From: the human T2T-CHM13v2.0 reference genome, Homo sapiens
Reading direction: 5' to 3'
DNA: 64,000 nucleotides
Assembly: GCA_009914755.4 (NCBI GenBank)
Contig: CP068257.2
Span: 64,001-128,000, forward strand
This document shows, piece after piece, positions 1 through 7,706 of this stretch (position 1 is the stretch's first letter; the number at the start of each line of letters is the position of its first letter). The notes beneath the pieces were generated by a model. That model did not search any database, had not been told where the DNA came from, and worked only from the letters and a program-made list of their open reading frames with translations. The position numbers were made by a program, and so were the translations under genes.

Positions 1-198
1 ATATGCAAGGGACTATTTGTGTTCTTTATTCTGTTTCACTGGTATTTTAAAATTGAGTTATAAAGTATTTCAATTACTATAACTTTATAATAGGTGTTTA
101 AAATCAGGAGGTATGGTGCTTATGATGTTGTTTCTCTTTTTGACAGTTGTTCAGCACTTCTGGTCTCTTCAGTTCTGATATGATTTTAGGATTGCTTC

Positions 199-471
<273 letters not shown>

Positions 472-899
472 AGGATTGCGTCTTATGTTAATGCGAAATA
501 TGCATAGCTGTCATCCGAAGTATACCACCATTCCCTTCAGCACTCTACGTCAGAGGAGGCACGTCAGGGGAGACAAAATTCCTCTTCGGACAGTCCCTCA
601 AAAGACAGGAATGTGGACATATATTCCACATTTCTCTTTGTCTCCTGAGGAAGAAGCATAGAGTTGGGAGTTTCTCCTGGATTGCACCATGCTGTATTGG
701 GAGGAGGTCAGGCTGCGCTGGGCATATCTAATAAGCTTTTTCTTCTCTTCTACATGTTTTTGGCATTGTGCTCAACTGAAGTAGTACAAATTCTTAACTA
801 TGTTCAGGAATTCTCACAAAGGCAATGTGATCAGCGTGGTGTTAAGTTCATATATCTTTGAAGAAACGAGGACCAGTGGTGTTTGTTTTTACGCTTTTC

Positions 900-1369
900 A
901 TTTTAAATTTATATTTTATTTTTTATTTTAATTTTTGTGAGTACGTAGTACCTATATGTATCTATGGATTATATCACTGATTTTGATGAAGGCATGAAAT
1001 GCACAAAAATAACATCAGATAAATGGTTATTCATTGCCTCAACTATTTGTTCTTTATTTTACGAACAATCTAATAACATTCTTTTAGTTACTTAAAAATG
1101 TACAATTAAATTGCTTTGACTATAGTCACTCCCGACCAGAGAAAAACCCTGTAGACATTAGTCACTCCTCATTCTGTCTCAAACCCTCTCCCTGACCCTC
1201 AGCCCTAGGTAGCAACTACCTAGTGCGATCAATCCCATATGCATAGATTACCATATTGTGGACATTTCCTATAAGCGGAATTGCACAATAGGGGAGCTGT
1301 TATGACTGACATAACACGTAGCACAATATTTTCAAGATTCGTCCACATTGTAGGCTTACCCACAGGGGG
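900..1369 (-). mobile_element. Old L1 3' end, antisense; spans the left array boundary at 1126
   Basis: From memory of L1 consensus. An AT-rich tail remnant lies at ~900-945. Matching stretches include aatttttgtgagtacgtagtacctatatgt, cttttagttacttaaaaatgtacaattaaattgctttgactatagtcac, ggacatttcctataagcggaattgcacaatag and gtagcacaatattttcaagattcgtccacattgtag. Confidence 0.55.
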
Positions 1370-1404
1370 AAACCATTTTATTGGGGGCTTTTAGTAACAC
1401 CGGT

Positions 1405-1496
1405 GTTTTCTCCTTCCTTACGTCCTTCTTTCCTTCCTTCTTTCCTTCCTTCCTTCCTTCCTTCCTGACTTCCTTCTTTCCTTCCCTCCTTCCTCC
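1405..1496. repeat. (TTCC)n / polypyrimidine microsatellite, which is (GGAA)n on the minus strand
   Basis: Direct reading: ...ctttccttccttctttccttccttccttccttccttcctgacttcc... Confidence 0.95.
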
Positions 1497-2237
1497 TATT
1501 TCTCTCTTACTCCTTCTGCCCTCTCTCTTTCCTATGCCTTAGGTGCATCCCACATTCTGCGTTTTTTTGGGGAAATCCTCGACAGGTGCAGGAAAATTGT
1601 GTTATTGTAACAATTTACCGTTATCTCTCTTTCACGGCTCTCCATCAGTTGTGAACATCTATTGGTTTATCCCAAGTCACTAAGCATATTTTCATTAGGT
1701 AAACCTGTTTTTCCTTCTACAGCTGTTTCTGGAGTATAGGGTCGCATACTCATAAACCCAGTGTAACTCAGAAACGCATCTAATATTCCAGTAAACCCAT
1801 CATAACGTTGAAAAATCGTAAATCAAACCATCATAAGTCACGGTTTGTCCGTGGATATGGGCGTCATCAATTCCATTGTATTCAGTAATGCTGTACACCA
1901 TTAACAATGGCAGACTGATTGGGAGTGGATATTGATAGCATTATAAAAGTCAGTTATTAGAGGGATACTTCTTTAACCTGACTGAAGAACTGATCTAATG
2001 GCTTTAGTACAGTGCATGATTATGTGCGATGTTTTGAGACAGAGTAGTACATTTGTGAATGAAATTTTATGGCTTTTTTTTCACTTAGTAGGAACCATTG
2101 TGTGTGGAAAAGTGAGAAAATGGCTTTCTGCTGTAGGGTCTGGCATTCATTGTAGATGTAAGCTTATTTTTCTGTGAGCAAATCTTATTCAATAAAATAC
2201 TACTCTTTATACTAAAAAACAAAAACAGTGGCGATGT

Positions 2238-2569
2238 GTGGTCATTATCCTCAGCAAACTTATCCAGGGAAAGAAAACCAAACGCCACAACTCACTTATA
2301 ATGGGAGCTGAAAAATGAGATCCCATGGACACAGGAAGGGGAACAACACACACTGGGGCCTTCCGGGAGACAGAGCGTTAAGAAAAACAGCTACTGCATG
2401 CTGGGCCTAATACCTAGGTGATGGGTTGACAGGTGCAGCAAACCACCATGGCACACGTTTACCTTAGTAACAAATCTGCACATCCTGCACATATACCCCA
2501 GAACTTAGGAACGAAATGAAACAAAAGACAACGAAAAAGCAACAGCAAAACGCTAAAGGCAAAATAAAG
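2238..2569 (+). mobile_element. 5'-truncated L1 3' end (end of ORF2 plus 3'UTR plus degenerate A-rich tail), sense strand
   Basis: gtcattatcctcagcaaacttatccagggaaagaaaaccaaacgccacaactcacttataatgggagctgaaaaatgagatcccatggacacaggaaggggaacaacacacactggggcc ... taatacctaggtgatgggttgacaggtgcagcaaaccaccatggcacacgtttacc ... ctgcacatataccccagaacttagga, followed by an A-rich tail. Matched to L1 consensus from memory. Confidence 0.85.
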
Positions 2570-3728
2570 TTTCAAACTGAGAAAGTGACAGACCAACGTC
2601 TGGTTCAAATCATGGTTCTCAACCCAGGTGCCATAAGGTCAGGATAAAGGATGTGATTACATATTGTCAATAAGACATGCAGCAAATGACCAGAATGATT
2701 ATTCTCAACATATGTGTGTCTTCTAATTCAATGGTGACGCTATCTACCGGGACATAGCATTAGATTCCAAAGGGCCGAGTCCCGCCAGACAGGCCTCCCA
2801 CACTAATAACAATGGGAAGCCCTACGTTGCTTTACCTGTGCTTCTCAGCCACTGGCTATAAATCAGGTTGCCACCACTCCCAGATTTAGTTGCATTCATT
2901 TGCTGGAAGAGCTCACAGCACGCAGGGAAACACTTACATTTGCCGTTGTATTTTAGCGGACATTGCACAAAGTTCAGAAATAAATGTGGGGCCCGGCATG
3001 TGGGGAGGGGCGCACTACCTTCCAGGAAGTGTTATCCAGAAGCTCTCTGAACCCAGTCCTTTTGGGTTTTGATGGAGACCTCATTCTATAGGCATGATGG
3101 GTTAAACCATAAGCTATTGGTGATCAACTCCACATGGGGCTCTCCACCCTCCCTGGAAATTGGGGTTGAGGCTTTGCCATTCTCAGTCTGACTAAAAGAA
3201 TTTACCCAAACGGAATTTTAAAACAGATGAGCATAACTGGAATCTTAATTAGATGATTGGATTATCTGGAGCCACACCTTGATATTCCTAACCCGAGCAC
3301 CCTCATCCAACGAATGCTCCACCCAACTGGCTCCCAAGTCTCTACGTGGTTCCAGAGCAAAAGGATGTTGATACAACGCATATCTCCACCTTTTCTTCCA
3401 AGTCTTTTCGCTTACACGGAAAGACTTCTTCAACTGCCATGCATCAGGGTCAGGGGGAGGTCTTGTTACAACACAGATCTGCGGATCTCCGGCGTTTGAC
3501 AGTGGCAAGGATGCTGCTGGTGTCAAAACCACAACGTGGGAACCACAGAACCACTAGTGGGTTTTCAGTGTTTCAGTGCATACAATTCCTAATATTTCTG
3601 GCCAAGAAAACTTGTAAGTTCTTAGATTGTCCCAAAGGTGGCGCATGAAATCAAAGCAGGAGAACAGTTTCCTACGAGGTGTAGCCTGGGAAAGTTGGGG
3701 GTGACTGATGGAAAGGAGGAGTGAAGCT

Positions 3729-3797
3729 CCGCCCTTTCCGCTGCTAGGCTGCGCCCGAGGCTATTTAAACCCACCCTGGCTGGCCTGTACTCAGATC
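3729..3797 (+). promoter_or_regulatory. Predicted core promoter of copy 1: GC box, TATA box, Inr
   Basis: CCGCCC lies at 3729-3734 and TATTTAAA at 3762-3769. TCAGATC at 3791-3797 fits Inr YYANWYY, with its A at 3793, 31 bp after the first T of the TATA box. Confidence 0.55.
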
Positions 3798-3916
3798 TTC
3801 GCGGAGCGGATCAGCGGCAGGAGCGTTTGGCGGACTCTGCGTGGACTTGGAGCTCACAGCGTCTTGCGACTTGGAAGCGGGTTCAGAGGACAGGACAGAA
3901 CACTTGGGCAAGTGAA

Positions 3917-3918
3917 TC

Positions 3919-3953
<35 letters not shown>

Positions 3954-4071
3954 CATTGGTTGGTTGATTTCCATTTTCTTAAGGGGCACATACCTCACAC
4001 CGCACACACACAAACACACACACGCACACACACACGCACACGCACACACACGCACACACGCACACGCACAC
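3917..4071. repeat. Compound microsatellite in the predicted 5' leader of copy 1: (TCTG)n, ~40-bp spacer, (CA)n/(CACG)n tract
   Basis: Direct reading: (TCTG)n at 3917-3953 and an alternating purine-pyrimidine CA/CG tract at 3996-4071. Confidence 0.95.
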
Positions 4072-4132
4072 TCCTTCCTTCTGCGAGTTAGAACATTAGT
4101 AGGGGCCCCTGGGAGCTGCAGGTTTCCTAATC

Positions 4133-7114
4133 ATGTCTGCACCTAAGAACAGTAGGGTCTTGTCTGGCTCTTCTTATGAACGGTCCCCCAGCCCGGACTC
4201 CCCAAGGTACATGCGAACCTCACCCAGCTTCCCCCTCTCCCCTCTCAGAAACTCAGGCTTAAGGGGAAGCTCCTCACCAGGGATCCGGAGCTACCATTCA
4301 CCATCCCCTAGGGCTTCACCACACTCACCTCTGTCATCACCAGAATCCCACAAGCTCCCATTTCCCTGTCCTCACCGTGATGGGCAATCAACGAAACCAT
4401 TGGGCTCTCCCGTGTCCTCCTCTGAGGATTCTTCAGAGTCACCACGTTCATCCGTAATATACCACATGTTCTTACTGCCATCACCCAGCAGCTCACCCCC
4501 AGCTCTCGGGGGGTCTCCTGTGTCTCCCAGCTACTCTCCAAACAACCCCAGATTTCAGCTGCGGTCAGCCCCCCACACCCAGGAATCACCTACAAACTCA
4601 CGAGCCTCACTTTGCTCCACCCCCGTGTCTTTCATCTCTTCACCCCCAGGCCTCAGGGACTCTCCTGTGGCTCCCAGTTACTCTCCAGCCATCCCCAGGT
4701 TCCTGCGGGAGTCAGCCCCATGCGCCCAGGAGTCCCCCAGAGACTCACAGGTCTCGGGAGATTATGAGCGGTCCCCCAGCCCTGACTCCCCAAGATTCAT
4801 GCCTGCCTCACCCAGCTTCTCCCTCTCCCCTCCCAGAAACTCAGACCCAAGGGGCAGCTCCTCACCAGGGATGTGGAAGTGCTCTACATCATCCCACAGG
4901 GCTTCACCACTCTCACATCCGTCATCAACAGAATTCCACAACTTTACGTTTCCCTTTCCTAACCAAGCAGAACAGTCACTCATGTCATTGTGTTCTCCCG
5001 TGACCTCCTCTGGAGATTCTTCACAGTCACCTCATTCATCAATAATATACCATATGTTCTTACTGCCATCATCCAGCAGCTCACCCCCAGCCACCCATGA
5101 CTCTCCTGTCTGTCCCAGATACTCTCCAACTACGCCCAGATTTCAGCGGGAGTCTGTACCCCACACCCCAGAAACACCTACAAACTCACAGACCTCAGTG
5201 AGATCCTCGCCAGTCTCTCTGACGTCTTCACCCACAGCCCTTACGGACCCTCCAGTCTGTCCCAGCTACTCTCCAACCACGCCCACATTTCAGCGCGGGT
5301 CAGTTCCAGGAACCCAGGGATCACCACCAAGCCCACCGCTTTCACTGAGTTACTCCCCAGTCTCTAGCACGTCTTTATCTCCAACCCTCAGGGACTCGCC
5401 TGTCTGTCCCAGCTACTCTCCAAACACGCCCACACTTCAGCGGGAGTCCGTTGCAGGCACCCAGAAGTCACCACCAAACTCACCAATTTCACTGCGTTAC
5501 TCCCCAGTCTCTCTCATGTCTTCACCATCCCTCAGGGACTCTCCCGTCTGTCCCAGCTACTCTCCAACCACGCCCACATTTCAGCTGGAGTCAGTTCCAG
5601 GCACCCCGGAATCACCACCAAACTCACCAATTTCACTCAGTTACTCCTCAGTCTCTAGCACGTCTTTATCTCCAACCCTCAGGGACTCTCCTGTGTGTCC
5701 CAGCTACTCTCCAACCACGCCCACACTTCAGCGGGAGTCAGTTCCAGGCACCCAGGAATCACCACCAAACTCACCAATTTCACTCAATTACTCTCCAGTC
5801 TCTCTCGTGTCTTCACCAGCCCTCAGGGACTCTCCTGTCTGTCCCAGTTACTCTCCAACCACGCCCACATTTCAGCTGGAGTCAGTTCCAGGCACCCCGG
5901 AGTCACCACCAAACTCACCAGTTTCACTCAGTTACTCCCCGGTCTCTCTCATGTCTTCACCCCCAGCCCTCAGGGACTCTCCTGTGTGTCCCAGCTACTC
6001 TCCAACCATGCCCAGATTTCAGCGGGAGTCTGTTCCAGGCACCCATGTATCACCACCAAACTCAGCAGTTTCACTGAGTTACTCCCCAGTCTCTCTCATG
6101 TCTTCACCCCCACACCCCTGGGACTCTCCTGTCTGTCCCAGCTACTCTCCCACCACGCCCAGATTTCAGCGGGAGTCAGCCTCCCACACTCCGGAATCAG
6201 ATACAGACTCACAGACTTCACTGAGCTCCTCCCTGGTCTCTCTCAGGTCTTTGCCCTCATCCCACAGGGACTCTTGTGTCTCTTTCAGCTACTCTCAAAA
6301 CTTCTCTAGATTCCAGCTGGAGTCAGTTCCAGGCACCCACGATACACCACCGAACTCACGAATTTCACTGACTTACTCCCCTGTCTCCCTCATGTTCTCA
6401 CCCCCAGCCCTCAGGGACTCTTCTGTCTCTCTCAGCTACTCTCCAACCATCTCCAGATTTCACCTGGAGTCAGCTTCCCACACCCTGGAATCACCTGCAA
6501 ACTCACGGACCTTACTGCAACCTTCCCCCATTTCTTTCACCTCTTCATCCCCTGCCTTCAGGGACTCTCCTGGGTCTCCCAGCTTCTCTCCAGCCTTCCC
6601 CAGATTTCTGCCACAGCCAGCCCCAGGCACCCAGGACAACCCTAGACACTCACAGGCCTCACCAGACTATCTCCCTATGACCTGTACCTATACAGGGATG
6701 GCTCCCACGCATCCCTCAGTGACCCCAAACCCATCTCCACTTACACTCAGGCACTCCCAGGGCCTGACAGCTACTCCCCGTTATTGTCCTTCAGTTCGAA
6801 GCCCTGGCCAATCTACTAGCCCACATGACGCAGTTACCTGGCCATTTCTCCACGGTTCCCGGGAGGGCCCCACACCCAGCCGCACAAGAGCCCCTCCTGC
6901 ATTCCGTCCTCACACGCAGGCCTGTCCATCTACTTGCTACTGTCACACTCTTGCCAGCAGAAGAGGCCCCTGTAATGGCCGATATCACCACCCAGTCTAT
7001 CCTCACCCCACAGCTGTGCAGCGGGAAGCCCCTGCTGGCCCACGTGGCTGCCACAGCCCATGCTGGCACGACGCTCCAGCAGGTCGGCGTCCCTGCGGGC
7101 CAAACTACCGGTGA
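4133..7114 (+). CDS. Uncharacterised Ser/Pro-rich tandem-repeat protein, 993 aa (type A, copy 1)
   Basis: The 2982-nt ORF starts at the first ATG after the predicted TSS, with A at -3. It is preserved in 8 of 9 units. It differs from copies 2-4 at 5 residues. Confidence 0.6.
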   Translation: MSAPKNSRVLSGSSYERSPSPDSPRYMRTSPSFPLSPLRNSGLRGSSSPGIRSYHSPSPRASPHSPLSSPESHKLPFPCPHRDGQSTKPLGSPVSSSEDSSESPRSSVIYHMFLLPSPSSSPPALGGSPVSPSYSPNNPRFQLRSAPHTQESPTNSRASLCSTPVSFISSPPGLRDSPVAPSYSPAIPRFLRESAPCAQESPRDSQVSGDYERSPSPDSPRFMPASPSFSLSPPRNSDPRGSSSPGMWKCSTSSHRASPLSHPSSTEFHNFTFPFPNQAEQSLMSLCSPVTSSGDSSQSPHSSIIYHMFLLPSSSSSPPATHDSPVCPRYSPTTPRFQRESVPHTPETPTNSQTSVRSSPVSLTSSPTALTDPPVCPSYSPTTPTFQRGSVPGTQGSPPSPPLSLSYSPVSSTSLSPTLRDSPVCPSYSPNTPTLQRESVAGTQKSPPNSPISLRYSPVSLMSSPSLRDSPVCPSYSPTTPTFQLESVPGTPESPPNSPISLSYSSVSSTSLSPTLRDSPVCPSYSPTTPTLQRESVPGTQESPPNSPISLNYSPVSLVSSPALRDSPVCPSYSPTTPTFQLESVPGTPESPPNSPVSLSYSPVSLMSSPPALRDSPVCPSYSPTMPRFQRESVPGTHVSPPNSAVSLSYSPVSLMSSPPHPWDSPVCPSYSPTTPRFQRESASHTPESDTDSQTSLSSSLVSLRSLPSSHRDSCVSFSYSQNFSRFQLESVPGTHDTPPNSRISLTYSPVSLMFSPPALRDSSVSLSYSPTISRFHLESASHTLESPANSRTLLQPSPISFTSSSPAFRDSPGSPSFSPAFPRFLPQPAPGTQDNPRHSQASPDYLPMTCTYTGMAPTHPSVTPNPSPLTLRHSQGLTATPRYCPSVRSPGQSTSPHDAVTWPFLHGSREGPTPSRTRAPPAFRPHTQACPSTCYCHTLASRRGPCNGRYHHPVYPHPTAVQREAPAGPRGCHSPCWHDAPAGRRPCGPNYR
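5099..6670 (+). repeat. In-frame 144-bp (48-codon) coding minisatellite, ~11 repeats (copy 1)
   Basis: Recurring gactctcctgtctgtcccagctactctccaaccacgcccacatttcagctggagtcagttccaggcacc...; unit lengths are 141, 144 or 147 bp. Confidence 0.9.
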
Positions 7115-7340
7115 CATGTCTAGCGTGACCCTCCTTCCTGGCTGTGACACTGTTGATGTGAACCCCAATTTCACATCTGTCATTTGTAAATAGGACCATT
7201 TTCCCTTTTCGCTCTCCCTTCCATTCACAGGGCTTTTCATTCTCTCTGTTACTGCCTCCGTTTCAGATATTTACTCACCTTTTTCTCTCTCACTATGTCT
7301 GCCGTGGGCTCCATGAGAGTGCGCCACATAAGATTCCCCC

Positions 7341-7387
7341 ATTAAAAGTCATGAATTGAGTGGCTTTTAGTATACCTGTGGTTGTGT
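7341..7387 (+). terminator. Predicted poly(A) signal of copy 1: ATTAAA plus a GU-rich downstream element
   Basis: ATTAAA lies at 7341-7346, 227 nt after the stop codon. TGTGGTTGTGT lies at 7377-7387. Confidence 0.5.
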
Positions 7388-7671
7388 ACATTCAAATTTA
7401 ATTCGCAATTCATTGTAGAACGTCTTATCACTCCCGGCCAGAGAAAAACCCTGTAGACATTAGTCACTCCTCATTCTGTCTCAAACCCTCTCCCTGACCC
7501 TCAGCCCTAGGTAGCAACTACCTAGTGCGATCAATCCCATATGCATAGATTACCATATTGTGGACATTTCCTATAAGCGGAATTGCACAATAGGTGAGCT
7601 GTTATGACTGACATAACACGTAGCACAATATTTTCAAGATTCGTCCACATTGTAGGCTTACCCACAGGGGG
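7364..7671 (-). mobile_element. Antisense L1-like segment at the unit junction (after copy 1)
   Basis: Same L1-like sequence as 1081-1369. Left of 7428 it aligns only loosely to the flank copy. Confidence 0.5.
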
Positions 7672-7706
7672 AAACCATTTTTTTGGGGGCTTTTAGTAAC
7701 ACCGGT

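Noticed and set aside
3245-3648. A cluster of mutually overlapping 80-100-aa ORFs on both strands, recurring in every spacer (the 95-aa minus-strand ORF is retained at the same length in types A and B)
   Set aside because: Three overlapping frames cannot all be coding. The region looks like old interspersed-repeat debris. Recurrence follows simply from unit duplication. No promoter or poly(A) context was seen.
3907-4095. A possible 5'-UTR intron that would remove both microsatellites (donor-like caa|gtgaat near 3909-3915, acceptor-like ttccttctgcgag / ttag near 4075-4092)
   Set aside because: Both sites are weak matches to splice consensus (A rather than G at donor +5, G at acceptor -3). Only cDNA data could decide this, so the gene is described as apparently intronless.
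3708-4146. ORFs reading through the leader microsatellites (HTHTHAHT / CLSVCLSV), mostly with TTG or CTG starts
   Set aside because: These are microsatellite translations from non-ATG starts. No ATG occurs between the predicted TSS and 4133 in copy 1.
5099-6670. Regularly spaced direct repeats considered as a CRISPR-like array
   Set aside because: The repeats are contiguous 144-bp units with no unique spacers, they lie inside an ORF, and the context is primate DNA.
6791-7240. Antisense 149-aa ORFs, and overlapping 89-122-aa ORFs on both strands, at the 3' end of every gene copy
   Set aside because: They fall in a GC-rich, stop-poor region where several frames are open at once. They overlap the much longer sense ORF and have no independent signals.
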